A stretch of DNA of 64,000 bases, taken from assembly GCA_050949565.1 (NCBI GenBank), contig JBMNFY010000017.1, positions 1,664,001 through 1,728,000 of the forward strand, given 5' to 3'. How positions within the stretch are numbered: the stretch's first letter is position 1; each line of letters starts with the position of its first letter. Position numbers and translations under genes: made by a program. This stretch comes from Kiritimatiellia bacterium (GTDB lineage: Bacteria > Verrucomicrobiota > Kiritimatiellia > RFP12 > UBA1067). The notes beneath the pieces are model-generated. The model saw nothing but the letters and a program-made list of their open reading frames with translations, did not search any database and had not been told where the DNA came from. Below are positions 48,846 to 58,710 of this stretch, piece by piece.

Positions 48846-49028
48846 CCTAAAAAGAGCAGTTGAACCTTCAATTCTCTTTGGTTTCTGGTTTCAAGGTTTC
48901 AAGGTTTCATGGTTTCATCCAAATCGGGATCGGGATCGCTATCGGGATCGATTGTTTAACCACGGAACACACCGAACACACGGAAAGGCATGGCTCTGTT
49001 TCCGTATGTTTAGTGTGTTCCGTGGTTC
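48846..49028. repeat. Dispersed copy of part of the 295-bp repeat unit, ending in an inverted-repeat hairpin
   Basis: CCTAAAAAGAGCAGTTGAACCTTC...AACCACGGAACACACCGAACACACGGAAAGGCATGGC matches 25217-25358; closed by GTGTTCCGTGGTT. Confidence 0.85.
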
Positions 49029-49383
49029 CCATCAGAAATTGCGTTCTGCACCAAATAGGTGCGGCGCGAATCTCAACGGAAGCCAATGTTTACGGGGCTT
49101 TGCTCAAAATCTGCATGCTCAACTGCTCTTTTTAGGCTTAGTCGATTGCGCCAGCGACGAAGTGTTTCGACGAAGTGTTTTGGACGACGAAGCGGAGGGA
49201 CGAAGTGTGCCTCGCGGCACCGCTTTTACGCGTCGCCCTGCCACCACACTCGTGCTTAAAAAGCGGCGTCGCGCGGAATACCGCTTGCCGCCGCACTCCA
49301 TATCTTTTCGCCTGACTTATGAGTGCCGAAATGGGCACAAACCACGCACTAAACTCGCCCCCCGCGGTCCGTCAAATAGAAAA

Positions 49384-50799
49384 GACACCGTAGGTTTTTT
49401 TGAGGCGGTGACGATCCGTCAAATACTGGACACCGAGGGGGTCAAGGGACGAGGGGCTGGTCAACGGCGTGAAGGGTGGCCGGGTTCCGCGCCCTGTCCC
49501 GCCGGTATTCCGGCGGGACAGGGCGCGGAACCCGGGGTGGTCATCCCTTGCGCTTCGCGTTTGGCGAGCTTGTTCTGCTTGCGCAGGATCAGCGCGTATC
49601 GGCGGCGGATGTCCTCAGGGAGGCGGATCGGATTGGTCTTTTCGCGGAGCGCGGTAAGACGCCGGATCACGGCGGGGTCCGCGTATCCCGACGCAATCAC
49701 CCTGTCGAGGGGCGTGGCGGGCTTGTCGTAACGCTTGGAGAAGCCGTGCGAGTCCGGCCTTTTGGTTTTGGAGATGAGCCGCTTGCAGGGGCGGAAGAGG
49801 TTGTTGTACAGCGATATCTTCGCGCACAGGACGTCCATGTCCTTCTTGAGCTCGAGGCGGTCGATGCGCTCGTAGCCGAAATACTCGCGGACGACGGAGG
49901 CGTTCTTCTGCTCCACGCGGGCGTTGTCGTTCTTGTTCCCGGGGCGGGAACGGGTGAAGGCGAGGGGGCGGGGGCGGTCCCGCGCGTAGCCGAGCACGTG
50001 GGCGTTGAGGAACTCCAGCCCGCTGTCCGAGTGCATGGCCGTGAGCGGGAACGGGAACGCGGCCTCGGCGTCGGCGAGGCCTTCCTTGGTCGCGGCCGCG
50101 CCGCGGTTCCAGACGCAGCGCAGCTCCGTCCACTGCGTCAGGCGGTCCGTGAGCGTGAGGATCCAGAAGAAGTTGCCGCTCATGTCGCCCCCGCAGAGCG
50201 CGACCGTGTCGACCTGCGTGTCGCCGGGGGCGGCGGGCGGCAGCGCCTCGCCCGGGACGCAGGGGACGCTCGACGCCAGCGCGTTCGCCCCGCTGCGGCG
50301 GTTGCGGCGGCGCGGGGCCTCGCGCGGGTGCTTGCGGAGGATGCGCTCCATCGTCGACGCGCTCATGCGCAGAACCTGCGCCGCGGCCGCCTCGTCGACA
50401 TGCTCGAGCTCGCGCAGCGCGGCCATCTGGCGGTCCGCCACGGTCACAAGGTACTGGGGCGTCATGCGTCCCGAGGCGCGCCAGAGACGCAGGAACAGGG
50501 CTTCCGCCCCGGGCGTGTACGTCTTCCCGCGCCCGGCGTGATCGCGGTACTTCCGGTTGCCGGTCAGCAGCCGGATGGCGTATTTGCGCTCGGCCCCCGT
50601 GACCTGGCAGAAGTCGTCGATCGCGGCACTCTTGGCCTTCTTGCTCTTCAGTTTTGAATAGGCGCGACGCTTCGCGCCGACGTATTCCATCGTGGCTTTC
50701 CGTGACATCTCGTTTCTCATGCGAGCCGATTCTAGCACGGTGTCCAGTATTTGACGGATGCGCTTGATTTCCGGACACCGCGATTTTGGCTACGGTGTC
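49384..50799 (-). mobile_element. Insertion sequence (ISNCY-like DDE), ends approximate
   Basis: Perfect 22-bp IR 49414-49435 / 50738-50759 and outer GACACCGTAG / CTACGGTGTC IR around a transposase. Confidence 0.8.
49461..50720 (-). CDS. DDE transposase / integrase core domain protein
   Basis: DTVALCG, LTLTD, HSDSGLEF, FTRSRP..KNDNARVEQKN. Confidence 0.9.
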   Translation of the reverse strand: MRNEMSRKATMEYVGAKRRAYSKLKSKKAKSAAIDDFCQVTGAERKYAIRLLTGNRKYRDHAGRGKTYTPGAEALFLRLWRASGRMTPQYLVTVADRQMAALRELEHVDEAAAAQVLRMSASTMERILRKHPREAPRRRNRRSGANALASSVPCVPGEALPPAAPGDTQVDTVALCGGDMSGNFFWILTLTDRLTQWTELRCVWNRGAAATKEGLADAEAAFPFPLTAMHSDSGLEFLNAHVLGYARDRPRPLAFTRSRPGNKNDNARVEQKNASVVREYFGYERIDRLELKKDMDVLCAKISLYNNLFRPCKRLISKTKRPDSHGFSKRYDKPATPLDRVIASGYADPAVIRRLTALREKTNPIRLPEDIRRRYALILRKQNKLAKREAQGMTTPGSAPCPAGIPAGQGAEPGHPSRR

Positions 50800-50906
50800 C
50801 ATGACTATGACATGCCGCGAGCGCTTGATGAATCCGATCTTTTGGTGTGCGAAGCCAGCACGTTATGGTACGCTCTTCAATCAATTACTGCTTGTCGGGT
50901 GATTTG

Positions 50907-51338
50907 ATGAATGGGCGTTACAGACAATTCAATCCCAAACGGAGATTCCTCGCGGTCGACACGGACGTGTTGAAACGTCTGGATGACCTGTCGAAAAAGG
51001 TCAGTTACGGGGGAAATCCTGAACACAAGAAGAATCCGGGTGACTTCGGTCTGACACCTCCGGCGTCTCCCTGACAGGGGAAATCGCTCTGTGATGTCGC
51101 TGATGTTTTCACTCGGCACGAAGCGCTGAACCTGCTTCAAGAAGGCATGCGAAGGGGGTTGGTTAGTGATAGGGAAGAACAGGGCTGGCCCAAGAATGTG
51201 TGGTCTGTGACAAAAAGCGACATCCCGCTGGAAGCGCAGCTCGAAAATCCGGCGACAGGCTGTTACCATGGCTACCCGATGCCGGGAAGCGATCCGTTGG
51301 CGGCTGAAGTACTTGCGCGATGGAGGCAACATGTCTAA
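50907..51338 (+). pseudogene. Small toxin-like protein (~143 aa) interrupted by an in-frame TGA at 51072-51074
   Basis: ORFs 50847-51074 and 51147-51338 are in the same frame; read-through gives SYGGNPEHKKNP...TPPASP*QGKSLCD...WPKNVW...YHGYP. Confidence 0.7.
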
Positions 51339-52635
51339 CCTAAACTTTTCCATAGATTGGTTGTCGTCGGGGAGTGCCGACCCCGTTTTGCGCGATACTT
51401 CCGCTCAATTGTCAATCCATTTGGATCATGTCTGCCTAACTCGGAACGAGGATATCTGGTCGAAAACGGTACGCGACTCGATCTTGGTGTCGGTTTACCC
51501 ATTAGCGTTCTGGTTGGCGGGTTCATGGTGGAGATTGAACAACGAGCCGCTGCCGGCCTCTGGAACCAGGCCGCCTCTCGCTTGGCGCATGGCTCATGAA
51601 TTGGGAGCCGCCAATCACGGTTTTGTGTGGCCCAGGATCTTGTTTGTTCCCGACGGCGAATCGATGAGCATCTGGGCGGAACCGATCGCGACGCCGGGGC
51701 AATCCGTAAACTATATGACGGGGCTCGACACCGTAAAGACGCTCTCGATGAAAGATTTTCAGCGTTCGACCGATGACTTGGTCGAAAACGTATTAAGTCG
51801 GTTGGAAGCGGTTGGACAGGGCCAAACGGAGTTGGCTTCACTCTGGGCGCTCGTAAAAGAAGACAGAAACGATGCCAAAGCAAGTAGGGTACGGCAATTA
51901 GAAGCTCAGATGGGGTTTGACCCGGAAGAGTGCTCACCCGCGATTATTGAAGAAGCCCTGAGTATGCAAGCGACAACCGGGCAATCAGCCATGTCAGAAT
52001 TGGCTCCCGTCTTTAGCGATGAGATTTCCAGAATAGGCGATCTCCAAGGGCAGTCTGGACTAAAGGGGCGTCCGCGGGTGACTTCTGCCGACATCGACAT
52101 GTCCGCCATACGGGCGAGACCCTGGGAACAAGGCGTGGCGGCGGCTAAACGGCTTCGAGAACGCCTAGACAATAGTGCGGCTCCTATTTCTGATGCTATT
52201 CTGCTCGATCTGCTAGGTATCTCCCAAAAAGAAGCGGCGCGGTGGGAGCCTGCCAAGACTCCCGTGGCGATTGCCAAGCCCGGTCATGCGGGACACTGGG
52301 ATCTCATTCCCAGAAAGGCGCACCCGATTGCCAAACGGTTTGAGTGGTCTCGTTTTCTCGGGGATGTCCTTTCCCAACCTGAGGGGAGCGCGGATTGGTT
52401 GGTTTCCTCTGACCTTGCAACCGCACGTCAGAAACGCCAACGCGCGTTTGCCGCAGAATTCCTTTGTCCGATTGATGCGCTCGTCGATGTGCTCAACGGC
52501 GACTATTCGGAAACCGCGCAAGAAGAAGCAGCGGAGTATTTCAAGGTCAGCGAAAAAACAGTCGAGTCCCATCTGGCAAACCATGATTACATCGAGCGCG
52601 TGGAGCCGCAACTTCCCTATAGATTGGCCGTGTAA
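51331..52635 (+). CDS. ImmA/IrrE-like (DUF955-type) protein with degenerate zinc site and large N-terminal domain
   Basis: GGAGG RBS; C-terminal KRFEWSRFLGD and RAFAAEFLCP plus HTH (AAEYFKVSEKTV); no HExxH. Confidence 0.7.
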   Translation: MSNLNFSIDWLSSGSADPVLRDTSAQLSIHLDHVCLTRNEDIWSKTVRDSILVSVYPLAFWLAGSWWRLNNEPLPASGTRPPLAWRMAHELGAANHGFVWPRILFVPDGESMSIWAEPIATPGQSVNYMTGLDTVKTLSMKDFQRSTDDLVENVLSRLEAVGQGQTELASLWALVKEDRNDAKASRVRQLEAQMGFDPEECSPAIIEEALSMQATTGQSAMSELAPVFSDEISRIGDLQGQSGLKGRPRVTSADIDMSAIRARPWEQGVAAAKRLRERLDNSAAPISDAILLDLLGISQKEAARWEPAKTPVAIAKPGHAGHWDLIPRKAHPIAKRFEWSRFLGDVLSQPEGSADWLVSSDLATARQKRQRAFAAEFLCPIDALVDVLNGDYSETAQEEAAEYFKVSEKTVESHLANHDYIERVEPQLPYRLAV

Positions 52636-52817
52636 GACTCTCGGGGCCACCCCTTGGTATCCCCGGCGTCTTGGCGGTTTGCTTAAGTGGCTCGCGGGGA
52701 CGCTCGCCCTCCCGGGGCTCCGCACTTGAAAGTTGAGAGTTGGTGTTTTTTGCGGCCTATAATGCGGCATTGAAATTTGGGTTGCTGTGCGCAGCCGCGC
52801 CAGAGGAAGCTTAAACC

Positions 52818-53519
52818 ATGCGTGAATACCTGAATGAGATTACGGCGATCCTGAATCGGATCGAGAATGAAGAGCCGGAGAATCTGGCGCTAGCCTCGGA
52901 TGCGGTGGCGGACGTCATCTGCAACGATGCGCTCGTGCATATCTTCGGCTGCGGACACTCCCATCTCGTCGCGCTCGACACCTTTTACCGTGCGGGCGGG
53001 CTGGCGTGCGTGTCGCCGCTTCTCGACGAGGATCTGATGCTCCATGATGGCGGCGCGAAGTCGAGCCGCATGGAGAAAATACCGGGCATTGGCGCGGAGG
53101 CTTTCCGCCGGCACGCGGTGAAGCAGGACGACCTCGTGGTCGTCATCTCCGCGAGCGGCAAGAATGCCGCGCCGGTCGAGGTGCTCCGGTGCGCCAAGAC
53201 CGCAGGCGTGAAGACCATCGCCATTTCGTCGTCTGCGTACAAGACGCACGGCGCGGTGCTGCTGGACGAGGCGGATATCGGCATTGACTCCAAGGTCGTC
53301 TACGGCGATGCGGTCATCCCGGTCGGGGACGTGATGATGGGCGGCATGTCCACGTTCGCCGGGCTTTTCATTCTCAATTCCGCCCTCATCGAAGGCGCGC
53401 GCAAAGCGCTCGCGCGCGGCGTGACGCCGCCGATTTATCGGAGCGGCAATGTCGAAGGCGGTACGGCGCTGAACGTGGCGCTTGAAGAGCGGTATTTCGG
53501 ACGCATAAAACGGCTCTGA
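52818..53519 (+). CDS. SIS domain sugar isomerase (UPF0309-like)
   Basis: IFGCGHSH, FYRAGGL, ISASGKN, SGNVEG. Confidence 0.88.
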   Translation: MREYLNEITAILNRIENEEPENLALASDAVADVICNDALVHIFGCGHSHLVALDTFYRAGGLACVSPLLDEDLMLHDGGAKSSRMEKIPGIGAEAFRRHAVKQDDLVVVISASGKNAAPVEVLRCAKTAGVKTIAISSSAYKTHGAVLLDEADIGIDSKVVYGDAVIPVGDVMMGGMSTFAGLFILNSALIEGARKALARGVTPPIYRSGNVEGGTALNVALEERYFGRIKRL

Positions 53520-53520
53520 T

Positions 53521-54330
53521 ATGGCGAACATTGCAATCATAGGACTGGTGGGCAAGTCGATGTTCTTCGACGTGCCGCGTTTTCACACGGGCGGCGAAAC
53601 GATTACGGCCTGCGGCTATTACGAAGAGTGGGGCGGCAAGGGCTTCAACCAAGCTATCGCTGCGGCGCGACAGGACGCGGAGGTGGCGTTTCTCGGCGCC
53701 TGCTCGACCGATGACAAGAAACCGATCGAGGCGTTTTGCAGGAACGAGGGCGTCATGGCGCGCATGTGCGTCAAGAACCGACCATCAGCCTGTGCAGCCA
53801 TCCTGACGGACGGAACGGGCGAGACACGCGTCACGGTCCATCCCGGTGCTGAGCTCGCGGCAAAGGACGTCGACGGTTTCGCCGGATCGATTGCCATAGC
53901 CGATTTCCTCCTGCTCAACAACGAAGTGCCGGAGGACGTCAATCTTGCGGCGATCGAGATCGCCCGTCGGTATGGTATCAAGATCATCTTCAATCCGGCA
54001 CCGGCACGCCCGTTGCCGCAGGCGATTCTCAACGCCGTCTCGATCTTCACGCCGAACGAATTCGAGGAGTCCTCTCTGCCACATTCTTCCGCTGAGGTTG
54101 TCACGACCCTTGGCGCGAAAGGTTGCCGTGTCCGTTCGACGGGCGAAATCATCCCGGCGCCGGTGACGCAAGCCGTCGATTCGACCGGGGCGGGAGACAC
54201 GTTCAATGCGGTGTTGGCCGTGCGGCTCGCCGAGGGCGCAACACTGCGCGAGGCTTGCGTTGCGGCGAACGCCGCAGCCGCGCAGTCCGTTGCTGTCAAG
54301 TACGTCATGCCATCCCTGCCCCGGCGTTAG
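53521..54330 (+). CDS. Ribokinase / PfkB family kinase
   Basis: GGKGFNQAIAAAR, NPAPA, PNEFE, DSTGAGDTF. Confidence 0.9.
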   Translation: MANIAIIGLVGKSMFFDVPRFHTGGETITACGYYEEWGGKGFNQAIAAARQDAEVAFLGACSTDDKKPIEAFCRNEGVMARMCVKNRPSACAAILTDGTGETRVTVHPGAELAAKDVDGFAGSIAIADFLLLNNEVPEDVNLAAIEIARRYGIKIIFNPAPARPLPQAILNAVSIFTPNEFEESSLPHSSAEVVTTLGAKGCRVRSTGEIIPAPVTQAVDSTGAGDTFNAVLAVRLAEGATLREACVAANAAAAQSVAVKYVMPSLPRR

Positions 54331-54649
54331 AGGCCGAGGTGGGGGAACGCTCAACGCTCAACGTTCAACTCACAAACAGCGCGGCTCGTGGGGACACTCG
54401 CCCTCCAGTGCTACAGTCTGGATTCGCGAAGCACCGGGAGGGTCAAGCGTCTGCTTGACCGGCGGCGGTCACGCCGCCACTCCCGTGGTGTCGGCAAAGC
54501 CGGCAGCCGAGCCCAACTCCTCACTCCTCAATCCTCACTCCTCAATCCGCACGCGACGCGGAAGGCGGCGCGTGCGGTCCGAGTGCCGCAGTTGTGTTCC
54601 ATCCGGTTGTTTGCCATAATAGAACACGGTTTTGAGATGAGTTGCATCT

Positions 54650-54740
54650 GAGGCTCTTGCAAAACCTCTCGCCTGCGGGTGTGGCACGGGCATCTTGCCC
54701 GTGTTTCATGGGCGGGACGCCCATGCCACGAGGGGTTTTG
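54650..54740. repeat. Second copy of the MITE-like double-palindrome element
   Basis: GAGGCTCTTGCAAAACC...GTGGCACGGGCATCTTGCCCGTGTTTCATGGGCGGGACGCCCATGCCACGAGGGG. Confidence 0.8.
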
Positions 54741-54803
54741 AGGTGAGTTGCATCTGGTAGCAAGCGAAACACACACAACACACACACACATTTTTACGCG
54801 ACA

Positions 54804-55628
54804 ATGATTACTGAACGACATCGAAAATCTCTTATCCGAGCGAATTATCACACGCACACAACGTGGTGCGATGGGGCGCATGCACCCGAAGCGGTCATCC
54901 TGTCGGCGATAGCCAAGGGATTTGAGGCGATCGGATTTTCATCGCATGTGGCATTCCCGGAGCGGATTCTGGGAATGCTTGATCCAGATAAGGGTTTGGA
55001 ATATGCGGCGGACATTCGTCGCCTTCAAGCCAAGTACGCCGACCGCATCAAGGTGTTTCTGGGAGTGGAAGCCGATTACATTCCCGGGGCGACCGCGCCC
55101 GAGCGTTCGCGTTACGCCGCCTTGAATCTCGACTACATGATCGGCGCCATTCACTACGTGGTCACGGACGATGGCTCCCGCGTTCCCGTGGATAATCTGC
55201 CTCGGATGACGATGGAGGGCATCGCCGCGCACTTCCAAGGTAGCGTGGAGGCGTACATCAGGGCCTACTTCCGGCAGTTGCGCGAGATGGTGTCGCGGTA
55301 TGAGTTTGAGATTGTCGCGCATCTGGACCTGGTCCGGAAGTTCAACGTCCGGAACCCCTATTTCGACGAAGACGCGGCATGGTACCGGGAAGAGTTAGAG
55401 CAGACGGCGGATGTCGTTGCCGCATCCGGCAAGATCGTCGAGGTCAACACCGGCGCTATCTCCCGTGGGTGGCTGGATGATGCGTATCCGTCGCGACCGT
55501 TCCGTGATCTGCTGCGCAAACGCGGTGTGCGCTTCATCCTCTCTGCCGACGCCCATGCCGCCGACACGATCGACTGCGCCTTTGATCGCTTTTCCTTGGA
55601 GGAGCGCTTTTTGGAAATGCTGCCCTAG
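54804..55628 (+). CDS. Histidinol-phosphatase, PHP family (HisJ/HisK-like)
   Basis: NYHTHT..CDG, GFSSH, GVEAD, AHLDL, EVNTG, SADAH. Confidence 0.85.
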   Translation: MITERHRKSLIRANYHTHTTWCDGAHAPEAVILSAIAKGFEAIGFSSHVAFPERILGMLDPDKGLEYAADIRRLQAKYADRIKVFLGVEADYIPGATAPERSRYAALNLDYMIGAIHYVVTDDGSRVPVDNLPRMTMEGIAAHFQGSVEAYIRAYFRQLREMVSRYEFEIVAHLDLVRKFNVRNPYFDEDAAWYREELEQTADVVAASGKIVEVNTGAISRGWLDDAYPSRPFRDLLRKRGVRFILSADAHAADTIDCAFDRFSLEERFLEMLP

Positions 55629-55674
55629 CCTTCGTCAGTTGCCCCGGTACCGGGATTTCCTTTACCATACCGGC

Positions 55675-58056
55675 ATGAAACACATCGGATGCGCGTTGAC
55701 GGTATTTTTATTCTTGCACACCTCGGGATATGCGGCGCTTGCGGTTGACAACCGTCCCGCGTACGCTGACGAGTGGGGCTATCGGCCGACCGATGGCTCT
55801 ACGGCGGTCATGAATCCGCCCTCCTTCACTTGGATCCACGACAAACGTGCCGAGCACTACCAGATCGAATGGTCGCGGACGCGCGACTTCGCCGCTCCCG
55901 GCACCGCCAAAAAAGTGCCTTGGTGCGTCTACACCCACCATGAGCCGCTTGAGCCGGGCGTCTGGTTCTGGCGCTACCGTTTCACTACCCCCAAGCAGGA
56001 GGTGTCGACGTGGAGCGCGGTGCGGAGTGTGACCATCCCGGACAACGCGATCCTCTTTCCTATGCCGACGCGCGCTCAGCAGCGTGAGCGGTTGCCGGAA
56101 AAACATCCGCGCCTCTTTATGCGTCCGGAGGATCTGCCGCGGATGCGCGCCGCCGCGCAGGATGGGCCGGCTGCCGCACGTTTCGCCGCACTCCGCAAAG
56201 CAGCCGACGACCTGATCAAGAAGGGTCCGACGCCTGAACCGGCGCATCGTGGATCGGCCCGCAACAAGGATGACGACGAGGCCGTCAAACATTGGTGGCC
56301 CAACCGCCTGATCGGCGACCGCGCCAGCAACGAGGTCGAACTGCTCGCCTTTGTTTGGCTGATGACTCAGGATGCGCGTTATGGCGAGGCGGCCCGCTCG
56401 TTCCTGATGGCGCTCGCCGCGTGGGACCCGGACGGCCCCAGCAACTTCGCGCTGAACTGCGAGGCAGGCAAGGCCGTACTCTATCGTCCGGCGCGCGCGT
56501 ACGACTGGATCTACGACATTCTCACCGAGGCGGAGCGCGCCCGTTTCCGCGCGGTGTGGTCGCGCCGCGTGGCCGACGCCTGGAAGAGCGGCGAGGTCGG
56601 TCACGGCAACGGCCACCTGACGCGTCCGCTCAATAGCCACGGCAACCGCATCTGGCACAAGATCGCTGAAGTCGCCATCGCTTTCTACGGTGAGGTGCCG
56701 GAGGCCGAGACCTGGCTCGATTACGCCGTGAACAAATTTTACGCCGCCTATCCGGTCTGGGCGGATGATGACGGCGGCTGGCACGAAGGCGTCCACTATC
56801 TCACCGGTTACATGAACAAAGTCACGCCTTGGATGCAGATCGCGCACAGCGCGCTCGGTATCGACGGTCTTAAGAAGCCGTTCTTCAACCAGATCGGCAA
56901 CCTTCCGCTTTACGTCATGCCGCCTCACTCGCCCAACGCCGGCTTTGGCGACCTCTCCTACCGTCCGCTCTCCTGCGCGTATCTCCACTACTTCGCTCGC
57001 ATGAAAGGGGCCGATCCCGCTGGCGCGGCTGCGGCGGCCAACTGGTCGTGGTGGCTCCAGCAGACCCGTGCGGGCACCCCCGGCGGCGTCGAGGGCTTTC
57101 TGTACGCCGTCAATCTGCCGCCGCTGCCCGCGCCCGTTGCGCCGGCCAACCGGCCGCAGTCGATGGTCTTCCGCGGTACGGGCATTGTCAGTCTGCATGC
57201 GACCCTGCTCGACAGTCGCGACGACGTGCATCTGCTCTTCAAGGCTGCTCCTTTCGGCACCAGCAGCCATGGCCACAATGCGCAACTCGGCATTCAACTG
57301 AACGCTTTCGGCGACTGTCTGCTGCCCGCCTGTACCTACCGCGATCTGCACGGCAGTGCGTTCCACTACAAATGGGCGCACGCCGCGCGTTCCCAGAACA
57401 CGGTGCTCGTCAATGGGGGCAACCCGCGCATGCACTCGGCCGCCGCCACAGGCAGCATCCTCGACGCGCGTTTTTCCCCTGAGTGGGACTACGTGCGCGG
57501 AGAAGCGACCGCCACCTACACCGGTGCCGTGACACGGGCCGAGCGCGCCGTGCTTTTCGTCAAGCCCGACATCGTGGTGCTCTACGACGATTTCGCCGCG
57601 CCCGCGCCCGCCACCTTCCAGTTCATGTCGCACGGGCTCAGCGCCTTCACGCTCGACGAAGCCGCGCAAACTCTGCGTCTCTCCCAGCAGAACGCCAGCC
57701 TTGAGGTCCGTTATTTCGCGCCCCAGCCGCTCATTTTCACGCAGACCGACGGCTTCGACCCGCCGCCCAAAATGCGCAACGGACGCCCCCCGTTCCCCAA
57801 TCACTGGCATGTCGAGGCCGCGACACGCAAGCCCGCCACGACCAGCGACACCCTCACGCTATTGCTTCCCGCACGCGTTGGCAAAGAGGTGCCTTGCCAG
57901 GCTGAACGCATCGACTCGCCCACCGCCAGCGGCCTGCGCATCACGCGCGGCGGCAAAACGCTGCGCATCGCCTTCCGAAAGCATGGCGTCAGCGCCGCAG
58001 AGTGGGACGGCACAGCGTTTGATGGGCCGGTCTTCGTTAGTGCATTAGTGCATTAG
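55675..58056 (+). CDS. Secreted DUF4962 / heparinase II/III-like polysaccharide lyase
   Basis: Signal peptide, NPPSFTW, HPRLF, DGGWHEGVHY, GFGD, SHGH, QNTVLVNG. Confidence 0.8.
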   Translation: MKHIGCALTVFLFLHTSGYAALAVDNRPAYADEWGYRPTDGSTAVMNPPSFTWIHDKRAEHYQIEWSRTRDFAAPGTAKKVPWCVYTHHEPLEPGVWFWRYRFTTPKQEVSTWSAVRSVTIPDNAILFPMPTRAQQRERLPEKHPRLFMRPEDLPRMRAAAQDGPAAARFAALRKAADDLIKKGPTPEPAHRGSARNKDDDEAVKHWWPNRLIGDRASNEVELLAFVWLMTQDARYGEAARSFLMALAAWDPDGPSNFALNCEAGKAVLYRPARAYDWIYDILTEAERARFRAVWSRRVADAWKSGEVGHGNGHLTRPLNSHGNRIWHKIAEVAIAFYGEVPEAETWLDYAVNKFYAAYPVWADDDGGWHEGVHYLTGYMNKVTPWMQIAHSALGIDGLKKPFFNQIGNLPLYVMPPHSPNAGFGDLSYRPLSCAYLHYFARMKGADPAGAAAAANWSWWLQQTRAGTPGGVEGFLYAVNLPPLPAPVAPANRPQSMVFRGTGIVSLHATLLDSRDDVHLLFKAAPFGTSSHGHNAQLGIQLNAFGDCLLPACTYRDLHGSAFHYKWAHAARSQNTVLVNGGNPRMHSAAATGSILDARFSPEWDYVRGEATATYTGAVTRAERAVLFVKPDIVVLYDDFAAPAPATFQFMSHGLSAFTLDEAAQTLRLSQQNASLEVRYFAPQPLIFTQTDGFDPPPKMRNGRPPFPNHWHVEAATRKPATTSDTLTLLLPARVGKEVPCQAERIDSPTASGLRITRGGKTLRIAFRKHGVSAAEWDGTAFDGPVFVSALVH

Positions 58057-58089
58057 TGCCTTATCGGCCCGACAAGCGCGATAAAAAAC

Positions 58090-58521
58090 AAGTTGTTTCC
58101 TCGCACGAAGGCACAAAGGGCACTAAGGTTTTTTTGGGGGGCAGGGCTGGCCGCAAGTCGCAAGTCGCGGGTCGCGAGTCAACCACTCTTATTGCGACTA
58201 CGCAGTGGCTCGCAATCTTGAGAGTAAAAGCGCTGCTCTGTTTTTTGGAACCGCCAAGACGCCAGGAACGCCAAGGGGTTGGGGAGGGCGCTGCTCAGTT
58301 TTTTAGCCGCAGAGAACGCAAAGATCGCAAAGGTTTTTGGGGGCATGCACCGCCTTCTGTGAACGCCGAACGCCGAACTCAGAACGCCGAAGTGAAAATC
58401 CCAAATCTAAAATCTCAAGCCCGCGCACCGCGCGGCAAGGGGGAGTCCCCGATTTTCATGAAGTTTCATGTGTTTCATGGTTAAGAACGGGTCTCGACAA
58501 CCAAGGGACAGGTATTTAGAC
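58090..58521. repeat. Mosaic of short-repeat cassettes
   Basis: Successive 7-9-nt unit triplets (CACGAAGG, CAAGTCG, CGCCAAGA, CGCAAAGA, AACGCCG, TTTCATG). Confidence 0.75.
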
Positions 58522-58695
58522 CCCTGCCAGTATTCACCACTTGCCGCTCCCTGAGCCAAAATGTCACACATGCTCAGGACATCCTGTCGCATGAATGCAT
58601 GACGGGGCGGCGCTTACTTGTTAGAGTGGGCTAAGTTTCGCGCTAAATGGGCAAAAAATCGCCGTTGTTTTGAAAATTTTCGTGATTGTGGCGGT

Positions 58696-58710
58696 TGGCA
58701 CGCGGATAGC
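58696..58710 (+). promoter_or_regulatory. Putative sigma-54 (-24/-12) promoter upstream of degP
   Basis: TGGCAC-GCGGA-TAGC vs consensus TGGCAC-N5-TTGC. Confidence 0.5.

Noticed and set aside
51072-51120. Selenocysteine recoding of the TGA
   Set aside because: No redox-motif context and no convincing SECIS hairpin seen; nonsense mutation is simpler
55708-57810. 700-aa minus-strand ORF (and similar long antisense ORFs within the giant gene, R-M gene and transposase)
   Set aside because: Shadow frames of well-supported GC-rich genes on the opposite strand; no recognisable motifs
58056-58592. Small ORFs across the repeat mosaic (also 24984-25617, 48778-49338, 54206-54881)
   Set aside because: Translations of intergenic repeat cassettes with no protein-like signal
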